Assembly: GCA_946965045.2 (NCBI GenBank)
Contig: OX337238.1
Location: forward strand, 1,178,001-1,242,000
Length of the DNA: 64,000 nt
Reading direction: 5' to 3'
Origin: Epithemia pelagica
Taxonomy: Eukaryota > Protista > Bacillariophyta
The first letter of the stretch is position 1. Every line of letters begins with the position of its first letter. The notes under the pieces are model-generated. The model did not search any database, was not told where the DNA came from, and saw only the letters and a program-made list of their open reading frames with translations. The position numbers were made by a program, and so were the translations under genes. Shown in pieces: positions 44,769-57,200 of the stretch.

Positions 44769-46049
44769 ATGGACGCCAACAACGGCAATGAAAGCCCAAC
44801 CAGTTTGGCCACGGATATGGCCTGTAAACATCCAAAACGAATGTCTCGAACACAGCATGGAAACTTCCAGAAGAAATCTCGAGCACGAAAGCATGACCAT
44901 ACAGCGCCGTCTTCAATTGTCGTCGAACATCCTATTCACGAGAATGACGAATCCTTCACCATGCTGCCGACCGAGGAAGGTTCCAAAATGGGAGCATTGG
45001 AGGAAGTTGAAGAAAACATGGAACCCGTATACGACAACAAAGACCTTGATGATATCGATACATTTTCTCCTCCGTCTGGTGCCAGTAAAGTGGACGGTGG
45101 ACGTGAGAGTCTCGGATCGACCATTTGCACCGACGACGGACATGTCAATCAAAACACCAGCCATAACAGCAGCAACACTCGGCCCGGCCAGTGGATGGAT
45201 GTGGCCAATAATTTGAACAGTTTGATTGATACACAAACGGAGGAAAACAAGCGGAGCACCGAAGTCTTTTTGGATAGTATTGATCAGAAACAACGTACGA
45301 CCGCCGAGTTGGAAAATGTGGTACAGGATTGTCACCGTGTCATGAACGAATCGTTGCAATTCTTGATGCAGCAAGTTGTAGTGCAAGTTCACACTCAGTA
45401 TCAAGGCCTGTTGGGAGACATGGAACAAGACATTGTTCGTACCATGACGGAAAATCACCAATGTCGAACGAGATTGAAGCGGCGCATTGAACGAGCACAA
45501 CAAGCTTACATCAATCAAAATGGGAATCTCATGGCACGGGTGGACCATCCAGCTATTTTGGACGACTCAAACGAAGGCATGGGCATGTTTTCACCCCAGC
45601 GCAGTCCCGGCGATCCGTCAAACGAAGGAGAAGGGGTACAAGATCCTGATTGGGATGCTCTGGTGGCGAGCCATGAACCAAATCGCGAACAGATTCGTCT
45701 CTTTCTGGACGCTCGTGCTCGCAAGACACAATCCGAAGAAGCATTGGATGTGGCCATGCAACAAGTGCACATGGTATTCAAGGAACAGGTGGTGGATGCC
45801 ATGATTCAATCGGCCATTAGAATCCACGAGCAATGCGAACATGTTTTGGGGGAAATGGAGCATGATATTCAACACCACATGTTTGCCAATCACCAGCGCC
45901 GGCAGGACTTTAAGCAATCTTTAGAGGAGTGCACCAAACGAGCACAAGGCTTTTTCGCGGATGCCTTGGCCCGCCTTCAAGGGGACACTGGCAATCTTGG
46001 TCCCAATCCAGAAGATGTTGCTGGAAAACACGAGTTCACACCATACTAA
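44769..46049 (+). CDS. Coiled-coil protein with two internal helical repeats
   Basis: ATG 44769. Disordered N-terminus followed by two related segments (...DMEQDIVRTMTENHQCRTRLK... and ...EMEHDIQHHMFANHQRRQDFK...). Confidence 0.7.
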   Translation: MDANNGNESPTSLATDMACKHPKRMSRTQHGNFQKKSRARKHDHTAPSSIVVEHPIHENDESFTMLPTEEGSKMGALEEVEENMEPVYDNKDLDDIDTFSPPSGASKVDGGRESLGSTICTDDGHVNQNTSHNSSNTRPGQWMDVANNLNSLIDTQTEENKRSTEVFLDSIDQKQRTTAELENVVQDCHRVMNESLQFLMQQVVVQVHTQYQGLLGDMEQDIVRTMTENHQCRTRLKRRIERAQQAYINQNGNLMARVDHPAILDDSNEGMGMFSPQRSPGDPSNEGEGVQDPDWDALVASHEPNREQIRLFLDARARKTQSEEALDVAMQQVHMVFKEQVVDAMIQSAIRIHEQCEHVLGEMEHDIQHHMFANHQRRQDFKQSLEECTKRAQGFFADALARLQGDTGNLGPNPEDVAGKHEFTPY

Positions 46050-46578
46050 AACGAGTTCCTTGCATGCTTACCACGGTCACGACAGTGATCGCGAAGATTC
46101 CTTGACATCGAAGAGCACAATATGAAGACATCACAACGGGGTGTATCGTCACAGCAACGGTCGGTGAACTGGAATGTAGGGAGCGTCTGGTTCTGTAGAG
46201 AAGGTTTTGCTGTCGAGTTTCGTGACTGTTCTTCTTGGGAATATAATAGCCCTACTCGTAAAGAAATTGATTTCGTTGTAGTAGACACGCTTTCTTTCTA
46301 TAGGTGTATCTTGATCGCCTGTCTGGTTGACTTTCGACAAATCAAAGCACATTACGATGGTTTGTACTTGAGGAGGACAACTGATGGATGGTTGCTTCAT
46401 ACATGGCCCCCCAATCGTTACACCAGTTTCAGCGGAAATGGGATTGAAATAAGTTGATACGAATGTAACATGAACTGCATGGCAAAATCCTGAACTGAAC
46501 CTGTGGGTTAGAAAACGAAAGAACAAACAAATAAAGTCAAGCGATTCTTGTCCAACAACGGAGAAAAGGGTGATGAAT

Positions 46579-47070
46579 CTATTCCATGGAAATGTCAATG
46601 TCTGAAGCAATCGATCGCGTGGCATCGCTGCGATGTTTCCGGAAGACTGTCAACTGCTTATTAGTGTTTCTGTGCTTCTTGTTGTTGTGGTCGACTCCAT
46701 CGTCTTCGGACGACTGTTTCATGGTAACCAAATTGACCGAAAAGGATCCCGACGCATCGTACTTTTTGCGTTGATCCAAGGCTCGTTTCTTTTGTCGTCG
46801 TTCGATTCGCTTGTTGTGTTGTTGAACTCGTTCTTGGTGTTTTTGATACAAAAAATCGGCTCGCATCGAGTAGTGCTCATCGTCGTTGTCGTCATCGGAT
46901 TTGAGCACGCGGCGTCGCAAGAGCGCTCGTCCTTCCCGACGATCTTGTTTTAATTTGTTGCGCAAGGCTTGTTCTTCAGCCTCTGTGGCTGCTGCCACGC
47001 GGGGTGCCACCACCACACCCCGAGACGATGCACAACGTGACTGTGACAATCCCATTGTGTACCAAGACAA
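46579..47070 (-). CDS. Hypothetical basic/charged protein, probably the last exon of a gene extending to about 47500
   Basis: 163-codon frame without an ATG start, KR-rich (RRRVLK, RRQKKR). Upstream coding-like frame at 47217-47459; splicing unresolved. Confidence 0.4.
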   Translation of the reverse strand: MSWYTMGLSQSRCASSRGVVVAPRVAAATEAEEQALRNKLKQDRREGRALLRRRVLKSDDDNDDEHYSMRADFLYQKHQERVQQHNKRIERRQKKRALDQRKKYDASGSFSVNLVTMKQSSEDDGVDHNNKKHRNTNKQLTVFRKHRSDATRSIASDIDISME

Positions 47071-47778
47071 AGTCTCTTTTTCCTCAGGCTGTCAAAGACG
47101 TTCCGTCTATTGTTAGGCTGTCCTTTAAGATAATGATGAGGTTCTTGTACTGGATTGTATCCCACGGGCGGGACGATTCCCAAACTCACCACACCACACC
47201 CCCTGAGAGCAAAGACCTAATACATCCCTGCGATCTCTCGAACGAGAGGCCGAAATTCTCGGAGTTCCGATTCGGCTACAGACCGACCGTAGTGCTTGTA
47301 TGATCCGGCTGCACGAGGTGCACCAAGCCGGTGATAGTAATCGAGTAGGTACTCGCATAACTGCTGATTCGGATCTAGATGTTCGTGCCGTTGTTGGAAG
47401 GATGCGTTTTGGAAAATGTGAGCACGCATCCGCCAAACCATCGCAAAACCTGCCCGCACTTATGGACTGCGGCATCCAAAAACATATGACGTTCTCATGA
47501 TCAAGACCAAACGAATCATGACAGCCGAAGTACTGGGCGAGAAGCAAGACCAAAAAGGAAGTCAGGCGGGGAGTCGTTTCTTTCCTTTTACGGACTCCAC
47601 CGACAGAGGTTTAACTGACGTCTGTTATTGTCAGTTCATTGTTTGATTCTTTTCGTCGTCGAAAAAGATACGTCGACTGCCGACTCCAAAGATGAATGAG
47701 ACGATCAATCGACGGCAGCATCCGTGCTCTTGCTCGACCTTAACACGACATTAGTGAACATTCTGAGAAGAGAACGTC

Positions 47779-48465
47779 ATGAATATCCTAAACTCGGCTG
47801 TTACAGTCCTCTCCATTCTTGCTCTGAGAGCCGTTTGGTGTAGAGCCGCATTCCCTCGACTGAACGAGAATGAAATTGTGATTCTGGATTTTACCAGTCC
47901 TTCCGATCAAAGTTTGAGCGTGGAGGTATTGGACGATCCTGTGCTGGGTGGAACATCTCATTCCTCGTTTCGTCAAGTGGGAGACTCGTACTTGTTGTGG
48001 AAGGGCACTGTGGCGCATTATGAACCCACCGATGCACCTGGTTTTTGCACTCTCCATACGGCTGGTCGACGGGAAGACGTTTTGTCCGTCTTGCAAAAAA
48101 CAGAATCGATTGCCTTTTATATTACAAAAGATTCCCATTTGTTTTCTCCCATGGGCATTAATTTGGAAAATGAATTTCATTCCTACAGTCCCATGCCCAT
48201 TGCCTATTGGGCGCCAGCGCAAGAGGAATCCGTCTCGTCCACGGTCCTTCGATTGTCGGCCCAGTGGAAACACTTTACAGCCAATGCGTTTGCTCATCCC
48301 GTGCCGGCACCACCTCTCAATGCCACGTATTTGGCCACGGCCAATCGAATTGGATTAACCACGTATATGTCCAACAAGGAGGGTGACTTTTCACTCCATA
48401 TTCTTGGTGTCACTGCGACCCCAAAGAGTACCAATACGGACAAGGTATCTCTACATATCCATTGA
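47779..48465 (+). CDS. CIA30/NDUFAF1-like domain protein with signal peptide
   Basis: VLDDPVLGGTSHSSF...LWKGTV...GFC pattern typical of CIA30 domains; N-terminal hydrophobic segment. Confidence 0.7.
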   Translation: MNILNSAVTVLSILALRAVWCRAAFPRLNENEIVILDFTSPSDQSLSVEVLDDPVLGGTSHSSFRQVGDSYLLWKGTVAHYEPTDAPGFCTLHTAGRREDVLSVLQKTESIAFYITKDSHLFSPMGINLENEFHSYSPMPIAYWAPAQEESVSSTVLRLSAQWKHFTANAFAHPVPAPPLNATYLATANRIGLTTYMSNKEGDFSLHILGVTATPKSTNTDKVSLHIH

Positions 48466-48898
48466 TTTGGGACACTGACAACGAAGATCCATGCTCATGT
48501 ACATATCGTACATATCTCCAACTGAGAAAAGGAGGGGGCGCTAGGCTTTGCTTCCTTTTGCAACAAAGACCTTGACTCTCACCAGCAGATCTCGGAAAGA
48601 AACGTCTCATTCTGGGTGCTTGATAGAACTGGAGAAGAAGTGCTATAAACTATAAAAGCTGGTCTCCTATCCGCACATCATTATCCTTTACTTCCGGTGG
48701 AAACTTCGAAACTGGAGTGTTTTCCCCCTACTGTCTACAAGGCGAGATGAATCAAGTCAATGACAGCGACAATCTGGAAGATGAAGGCCTCCGTCGACCA
48801 GTTCTTCTTACACATTCTCCCACAGTTTCACAGACTTGGAAAATCACAAACTTGTAGCAGTTGGTTGCTTCCTTCTTTTGAAGCAACCACTTGAGACA

Positions 48899-50502
48899 TT
48901 AAATAGAAGTTTGAATGCCAAGTTCTTTTTCACTGAGTTCCCACAATCGTTTGGCCTTGTCATTGTCTTGAGCTTCTTGACTAACGTCAGAGATACGAAA
49001 TTGATTTCCATAGGCGTCATCGCCATATTTGGACGATCCTGGTTTGCTGTCATAAAAGTTTCCACCACTAGTGATTGGCCCATCAATCATGTACGTCAAA
49101 CAACCACCGCCCCACGGAGGAGTTTCTCCCACCTTGAGCAAATCGGTGGCGGCAATGTCAAAAAGTTTGGTAAAGAATGGATTTTGATCGCGAAAAAGAC
49201 CAGTACCCACAATCAAGCCGGGACTAAAACAATTGGCTGTAATTCCACTGCCAGTCTTTTGGTTGAGACGCCGTTGCAATTCGCGGGTAAACAAGACATT
49301 GCACAATTTGGAATCCTTGTAGGCCTTGTCAGCGTTAAACGGTTGACCATCGAGCATTTCACAAGCTCGACCTTGTTCTTTCAATCCATCCAATTGACCC
49401 AAGGTGGCAGGGACACCCTGAGCACCACCCGGACTGGCAGGATCGTGAACACTGCTGGCGGTCACCACAATGCGACCGGCCGTAGGCTCCATGCGGGGCA
49501 ACAACAAATGGTTCAAGTAAAAGTGACCAAAATGATTCGTGCCAACTGTGGCGTGACGATGCAGCAAGAGCGACGAACAGACACAAAGGTTCGAGAATCG
49601 GGCATTGCAAAACCAAAGTGAGACCAGAGGAACGTTCGACAACCAAGGCGGATCCTGGACCGCATGGATTCTCGATTGTACCTACCCGTCAATTCAAAGC
49701 CATCCTGGGTGCGTGCCACATCGGTGGCGGCCGTATTACGGGCAATTCCGGCATTTAAACACAATGCATCAATTTTCGGTGCTTCTGTTTGCAACAGCGT
49801 TGGAAAATCTTGCGCAAAATGTTGAATCGAGGCCAAACTGGCCAAGTTGCATTCGGCTGGAATGAGTCGAATAATGCTACTACTAGAGGTTCCATCCTCT
49901 TGTTGCGCTTGACGGATTTGATCCACAGCCATTTGGGCCTTTTCCAGGGTCCGACAGGCCAAGACAAGGGTGGTCGTAGATGTCGACGTGAGAGCCAAGC
50001 GTTTGCATGCTTCATACCCCACGCCGGAATTGGCACCCGTCACCACAATCGTTTTCGCTTTTGCCACTGTTTCGGTGGTTGCACGGTCACCTTCTTGAGC
50101 CACGACAGGCTTGACCGACACGAGTAGGGAGGCCAAGGACAGTCCACCCAATTCGGCCAAGACTTGTCGTCGTCGTTGTTGAGGTTGTGGTGACTGTACA
50201 TCCGCCGCTTGCTTCAAGAGTGGATTGGACGACTCCTTCATGTCACGAAAGGACAGTGGATCATCCTCCTGCCGATTCAATCCTCCCGAAAGGAGCGACG
50301 TTGTGGGGGTGATTCGCCTGGTTGCTTTTGTGATTGTCATAGGAATGAGTGAAAACGAAGCACAGGGTATAATCACCATGAGCCAAGTAGAGAAGGATAG
50401 TAGTACCCATGTCATGGAACGTAACACGGTTGAGTATTTCCATTGCGTCAGGGGAGGAGAGTTTCTCCTACGAAGAGCACCACGGCTACCATGGACAACC
50501 AT
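48899..50502 (-). CDS. Protochlorophyllide-reductase-like short-chain dehydrogenase, 2 exons, probably plastid-targeted
   Basis: Intron 49546-49685 gives FELT|VGTNHFGHF. TGANSGVG, LNAG, VTASSVH, AYKDSKLCN and TGLFR motifs. Confidence 0.85.
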
Positions 50503-50785
50503 TTTGGGTCTTCTTTCTGGACTGCATTATGGCATCAACACAAAGATCTTCACAAGATCTTGCTCTGCTTCTACCCAGGCTAAATTAGCAACGAAGTACT
50601 CCCACCAGCTAGCTAGAGTACTCCAACTCCAACGCTTTTTCTTTAAGCCAAAATGTTTCAATGGATCCGAATCTATCTTAACAGAGCGATTCTCTGGACG
50701 AACAACCTTGTGATTAGAAGCTCATTGTTTTGGGCTACGGAAGAAGCTACTTCTACTCACTTTTAATCCTCTAAAGTCTAAAACT

Positions 50786-51586
50786 TCATTCCGATACAGC
50801 GGTCTCAGCCTTGGGGCCGGGAAAGGCGTCTTGCCAAATGATGGAGTTGTCCCCATACGCAATGATGTAGTCAATGTACGAGGTGAACCATCGTTGTTCG
50901 TTCATGACATAGATTTCCATACAAATGGGACCTTCGAGACTGCTGCATGTATATCCAGTCTGAACAAACTCATGAAAGGCTCGTTTCCAGTGAAGGAGGG
51001 GAGCAATCATTGGCGTCCAATAACTTCGCCACGGAACTTTGCCACGAAAAATGGGTGTCTCACCCGACAAGCGAAGGACGCGAATGTCATGGTCAAGCCC
51101 CAACCCGGAGTTGGGCTGCACGTACTCTTGTACCAAGGATTGTAGTTCTTTTAGGCTGCACGATTCGTTGCTATCGTTGGGACCTCCACGAATTGCCCAT
51201 CCCATGGCCCATCGTGGTTGATCCACTTGACTGGGATCATCAAAAAAGAATCCAATGCAGAGACTGTTGGGTACGGGTGGATCGCCTTGTTGTCCTACGA
51301 GATAGGCCATGGATCCTTCTCGCAACAACTGCGCACCATTTGGAAGCGATTCGATCCCTTGTTTTGTCCCTTGGATCAATTTCATGACATGCTTTCCAAT
51401 ATTCTTGTCGCGACAGAGGGCTACAATGGCAAACCAGTCCTGGTTGCTCTTGTTCTTCTCATTCTTGGAACTGGTCTCTTCGTCCAACAACAACTGTGAT
51501 GTCGAAAACGTGGGTCGATCCCAAAACCCCAACAGGTAAGATGTAACTCCTACAATACCCACTCCTAATGCCACAACCGATGCCAT
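50786..51586 (-). CDS. TEX264-like / GyrI-like domain protein with N-terminal membrane anchor
   Basis: N-terminal VVALGVGIVGVTSYLLGFW; IGFFFDDPSQVDQPRWAMGWAI resembles the GyrI/TEX264 yyDnP...R...G motif; C-terminal CMEIY. Confidence 0.55.
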   Translation of the reverse strand: MASVVALGVGIVGVTSYLLGFWDRPTFSTSQLLLDEETSSKNEKNKSNQDWFAIVALCRDKNIGKHVMKLIQGTKQGIESLPNGAQLLREGSMAYLVGQQGDPPVPNSLCIGFFFDDPSQVDQPRWAMGWAIRGGPNDSNESCSLKELQSLVQEYVQPNSGLGLDHDIRVLRLSGETPIFRGKVPWRSYWTPMIAPLLHWKRAFHEFVQTGYTCSSLEGPICMEIYVMNEQRWFTSYIDYIIAYGDNSIIWQDAFPGPKAETAVSE

Positions 51587-52481
51587 TTCTTTTGCCTTTT
51601 CAAAGAGATATGAGAGGATTGCAACGACGTTGCTCTGTTCTTATTGTTCAAAGCTATTTTCTGCATCCAACATCGATGACATCTTGAACGTCTGTCACTC
51701 TGTCCGCAGAGAGTTCGCAACATGATCATCCCGGTATCACGACCAAACACGTCCCGCGAAGATGCGAGCGTGGGGTGGGCACGATGATGGTGGGCCACAA
51801 AACTGGACCCCGAATGACCGATCGCTGTGCGCTCAATGGGACCTCGTCCTGGTTCCCGCGTGTTGCACCGTTTGAATGACAGTTCGTCCACGCTGCACCA
51901 TCTTTTCTCATAGGACAATAGGGGTGTACTGTGGAAACCGTTTGTACTTCTTCGTTGAATAGAGAACGGCGTTGAAAGTCCTCCACGGCGTTGCTGGACA
52001 GCACAATCGATCGTAGTGTGTGATTGGTCGTCCTTGATACACCAACAAGGGCACAAGATGATTCAAATCTTCTCCCACCGATCCAAGGAAACCAATCCCC
52101 ACACACAAACAAAACAAACAAAGCAAACAAACAGAAGCATTCGACAACAAAGGACCACAACGCCCCTTTACCACACCAACAACAAAGAACAAGGGAGGAC
52201 AACCGGATACCAAGACGGTTTTGTTTCTTGCATTGTGTTGATTCAGCTAAGATACAATGAAGGAAAATAAGACCACAAGAGAACAAGACAAGCTGCGACA
52301 CTACCAACGACTGGGAGATGATCCAGATTTTCATTGTCCTCGACTGTCCTGGAAACAGGCATTGTGTTGTGGTTGCATCCACAACAAAGAGAATTGGATG
52401 ACACTTTGCCACGACTCTCGTATGTTTCACATGGATCTCCAGCTGTTGCGTGGATTTGTGTTCCTCCAGAATGATTCTCAT

Positions 52482-52482
52482 T

Positions 52483-52516
<34 letters not shown>
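52482..52516. repeat. (TTG)n microsatellite, about 11 units
   Basis: Direct reading. Confidence 0.9.
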
Positions 52517-52578
52517 ATTGGTCTTGGCTCTTGTTGTTGCTCGTTGATCTCACGACAATAACCTGGAATCCTTCATGT

Positions 52579-53406
52579 ATGGAAACATCCACGCACACAG
52601 GTCCTCCTCTCACCAACCGCTTCAACAGCACTCAAACGAATGAGACGAAAAAGAACACAGAGAATCATCCCACTGGTTGTGGCGGATGGGAGGAAGTTGT
52701 GGTTGCATCGCCGTCTAGCAGCACGAATAGCAGTAGCGAAGAAGGGACGACCAGTTTCTTGACGGATTCTACAGCCACCATGAGTTTTCAATATGCCGAT
52801 GTGGCTCCGGTCGAGTCCTTGTTGTTGCAAGGCATGGTGAATGGAGAGGAGGAGGAAGAAGAAGAGGCTGTTCTGGACCGTGGGGATGCCACATACGAGG
52901 TACTGTGGATGGACATGGACGACAACGACAAGAAATGGCAAACAGGTATTGCTGGTCCATTACCACCATCACCATGCCTTCAGTTCCGACCGGTGCGAGA
53001 TTATCGATTGAGACCGGGGGAAACCATGCGACTGTGCTTGCCTCCATCACCACCACCACCACCATCATCTGTATCCTCCTCGGCTCCCTGGACGCAAACG
53101 CAAGCCCTCGAACCTTCTTGTTGCGCTGCACAGAAACCAACCGACCTCTTTTTCCATACGAGGCGCGCGACTCTTTCCACGTCGGCTCGTGGGCGTCCCA
53201 CCCCCAAGAATACAGTCCTGGTTCGTCCTCCACGACGACAACGACAAGGCGTGGAACTGACCCAGCCCACGTTGGTTCCGCCGCAGGGAGGCAAGCACCA
53301 CCACCCCACAAAAAAGAACAAGGACACGGCGCGTGTGGGAGGAATGAAACAGGGAGCTTGTCACCGAAATGGCATTCCCTTGGAGGTTCATTTGTATTTT
53401 CGGTAA
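52579..53406 (+). CDS. Hypothetical protein (about 275 aa)
   Basis: ATG 52579 within the 52450-53406 frame. Acidic run and a short RDYRLRPGETMRLCL segment reminiscent of the NECAP C-terminal motif; low complexity overall. Confidence 0.4.
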   Translation: METSTHTGPPLTNRFNSTQTNETKKNTENHPTGCGGWEEVVVASPSSSTNSSSEEGTTSFLTDSTATMSFQYADVAPVESLLLQGMVNGEEEEEEEAVLDRGDATYEVLWMDMDDNDKKWQTGIAGPLPPSPCLQFRPVRDYRLRPGETMRLCLPPSPPPPPSSVSSSAPWTQTQALEPSCCAAQKPTDLFFHTRRATLSTSARGRPTPKNTVLVRPPRRQRQGVELTQPTLVPPQGGKHHHPTKKNKDTARVGGMKQGACHRNGIPLEVHLYFR

Positions 53407-54209
53407 AGGGTTGTCCCTGCTGTGGAGGGACCCTGTCCGAAGGGCAACGCACGTTGCGGTTGTAGACCGCTGATCCTTGGAAGCGCGTGTTTCATGTAAG
53501 ATTGAATCTGTAATAAATGGATTGCATTTGTACTTGTAGCAAGTGTGTGGTTGGCTATTTCCGTGTGTAGAAAATTCATAGCCATGCAGGGTTCCCCGCA
53601 CACATACATGCAAAAGGGCTCGCTCGACAGACTGGATACTTTGGTTTCGGCAGGAGGAGATGAATGCCTCTCGAGTAGAGGGTGTATGGATGTAACTCAT
53701 TCACGCCGTTGGCATTCGAAACTGTCATGGAAGGAAGGAACAGAGGAGATGGTGGCTGCTGTAGTGGTGGTTTCGTCTCACCGCTCCCCCCAAGGTCGTA
53801 ACAGGAACTGGAACGTCCTGGCGAGTGTTTCGGGATGCCTTCCATGGGCCTCGTTTCGACACTGCGACATTTTCGTGCAACCCCACAAAACTCTGGATTG
53901 TGCGGATTGATCGTAGACGGTGTTGTACTGTGTCCAAAAATTCACTTTCAGTGGGAGTCTCGGTCCGAACAACAGTTCAAGTCCGAATTTTGCAATGTGT
54001 TTCACATTGCTGGCTCAGTTTTCTCAATGCCGCGACGCAGATGCCTCCTACGTAGGTGTTGTGTGTGTGAGTTATTTTCCACTACCTAGGTGCACGGCGG
54101 GCAACCGTCAACATCATGGTCTTCGTTGGACCATCCGTCTAAAAACAGAGGGGGCTCTTGAAGATGGGGTTGGGGGTTGGAGATTGGGGGTGGCTAGCTA
54201 GTGGCTACA

Positions 54210-57200
54210 AGCAATTACACCCTCAAACTCAAAGGGGATCGCTCTCTTTCTGAATCACGAGCATTCACGACCCACCTCCGCTGGGGGCTACAGTAAGGGG
54301 TAAAAAAAGGTACAGTCTATTTTAACGCTGCCGCGCGTACCCGCTAGGGTATCGTCGACCGACGCGCCCGGCCCCAGAAAACTGAGGCGAGGACTAACAG
54401 TACGGGAAATGGATGAAATATTACGGGAAATGGTGTGCAGAACGGAGGATAACTGGGCGCCACGTATTGAGCCAGTTCCTCAATTGAATAGAAGTGGTGG
54501 CATAGGTGAAATGGACTTGGGGTGAATCGTAAAACAAAACAGAGTCGGCAGATTGAACCTGTGACCGAAGAGAATACAGTTCGAGAACTTCTCGTTGCGC
54601 TTGAGAATAAGCAGAAGCTTCAATTGATTGTGGAGTATCGCCATGAATATCGTTGTTACGTTGCAACCATAGACGATGCACATGGTGCCAGATGATAGTA
54701 ATGGTAGACGAAATGAGGCGAGAACCGGAGAAAAGTGGAGAGGAAATATCCTGGGAAAGAAGGAACTGGTCTTGAAGGCGAGACCAATGTAAAGAGAAAC
54801 GGCCCATGAACACTTGTTCGAGGCCGATAGTAAGTTGGGAGGCAACTGCGCGTTGGTAAGGGAGCGGAACGGTGGGAAAGGAAGGAGGAACATCATGCAA
54901 CCACGAGCGGAGACATTCGGTAAGGAGCATGGCTAGATGTGGATCGGCATTCAGAGAAGACCATTGTTTTTCAAGATCGGCAAGGAGCGCGGGAAACCAC
55001 AAACGGTGAGGACATCGAAGAAAGTGAGTCAAGGTCTCGAGAGTCGAAGGACACAAGGGGCAGGAATCTTGGTAATAGGTAGCGTATCTTGATCGTAGAT
55101 GCCCCAAAGGTAACCAATCATATATCAACTTAATGATAAAGTGGCGTTTGGGAAAATTTGCATTAATGGCTCTGCTATGTGACTGCCAGTCAATGCTGTC
55201 GAAGGTAGAAATAGACCAATCAAACTTTGTGCACAAATAATGAGTCGATCGTTCTCGAGTAGCGAGCCTGCGGAGAATGGAACGATAGTTGGAAGCGATG
55301 GTGCCTGATAGACCATGAAGGACCGCCTGACTGCCAGAGATTAATGGAGCAATCGTGGATGAAACGTGGTCCGGGTAGGTGTAAGAAGATGCAAGACCAT
55401 CTGCGTCTACGTTCAATTGAGAGGGAAGCGGCAAAGTCGAATATACTTGCGCGTCGTCCTGATGACCCTTGACATGTTGAACGACCGGCAGTTCCGAAAA
55501 CTGACGGAGAGAATAAGTAATCGCTTGTTGTAAGTCCCAATCAGCGGTCATGGTGGAATACGGAAATTCCACCATACATTCTAACCGTTTGTGGATTGTT
55601 TTAACCAGGCTTTCAGAATCGGTGTACAAGCGGAGCGATCCCGGTAGAGGAATATCACTGAAAGAGCAAAACTGCATGATGAAGCGAAGAAAAGCTAAGA
55701 ATCCGTAGCTCTCCGCTCGGAAGGAAGACGTACGGTAACCTGGGGCAGGACCATGTAACATAAAAAGACGAGTACCACCTTCAGTGGCGCAAGTACAACC
55801 GAAAGTACCAACAAACGATGCAGCAGAACCGTCGCTGCAGAGTAACAGAGGGGCAGATTGAAGAAAGTGCGTGACCAATTCATGTTCCTCGCATACCAGT
55901 GTGCTCTCGGACAAAAGTTGTCGTTCCCAAGAAGAAAGTTGACGAACATAAGAGTCGAAGCTTGAAGGAGGAGGAGAAGGTTGTGTAATAAGAACAGGGC
56001 ATGACGGGAGAACCAAACGTGTAGACCCAGTATTGGCAGTAGCCACAGGACACGAAGAAGACGGAACAGTGGACCGAATCACTGGAGTTGATACAAAAAC
56101 GGGCCCCATAGCTCGGAATTCTTGCCATTGTTGATGTGAAACGTAAACGTATAACTTGGATCGATCTGAGTCCAAATACGAGAACCATTGGCGTGCTGTG
56201 TCATTACCGCCTACAAGCCACCTGCATAAAGGAGATGCGAGGCGACGTGCGGACATAGGAGCAAGAAAAGATCCGAGAAACTTTCTCCATTTTCCCCAAG
56301 CGCGAGGACCAGGCCTTGTTTGGTATGGAGTTAGCAATTCGCAAGAAGATTTATTGTCTCGTCGTCCATCCAGTGAGGCAAGAGTAAGAGTGCAACCGTC
56401 GGGGGTAACGATATCGCTGAGCATTGTCACTTGAAGATACAACCGGCACGCGTTGATTAATTTGAGATCTGTTGCAGACGACGTAAAGGCTAGAGCTGAA
56501 TCCATCAGAAAGACATCGTTTTCCCTTTGTAAGCGAGGTACAAAGTCTTCTTCTAGTTCGACACGACAATCCACCGAGGAAAGAAACCGACGGAGCTGTG
56601 GGACCCATTGCATTGGAGTCAAATGGGGGAGAGGGGTATGAACATCTTCGAGGATAGGAACACCAGTGCCAGCAAGAAACTGACCCCAGGACATCATGAT
56701 GGAAGCCAACTTGTGGGGTACACCGTCTGAACGGATACAAGCCAGAAACAAATACAACTGTGCGATTCCGCGTTCAACTGAGAGAGTCCGCAAACCAATT
56801 CCGCCGTACTCTGAGGAGCCATACACAACAGCATTCGGCATGTTGCGGTTGAAGCCGTACTTCGGTAAAAAGGCTTGTTTGAATTGTCGTTGTAAGGCAG
56901 TACAGTGTGAATTGGATAGTGTTGATGACGGTAGGGGGTAGCAAATACTCGGAAGGTAGATAGCATGGTAGTAGGACCACGCATCTGTTCTTGAAAATGG
57001 GCTCCTTGCCATAACTCTAGTATGTTGTTGATTGCGTTTCAACAGTGCCAGAAATAATCCTTTGTCAGTGGCGTGAGGGGATTTTTGTACCCCTAAGGTC
57101 TTGTGACTTTTGAAAGCCGATAGGTGCTTCAATGGTACGGGCGGACGGCCGTCAGTAAAGGAAATAGTGATTGTAGGTCCAAAGCTTCCATCTCTCAAAA

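Noticed and set aside
48899-50502. True light-dependent protochlorophyllide reductase (por)
   Set aside because: It shares YKDSK and TGLFR but has SPGLI instead of the YPGC Cys motif, so no gene symbol is given.
52450-52560. Poly-Leu transmembrane or signal segment
   Set aside because: It is a translation of the (TTG)n microsatellite with no ATG start.
53700-54140. Coding-like fragments next to the LINE 3' end (53778-54005 minus, 53835-54089 plus)
   Set aside because: Short, with no motif or consistent splice model; left unannotated.
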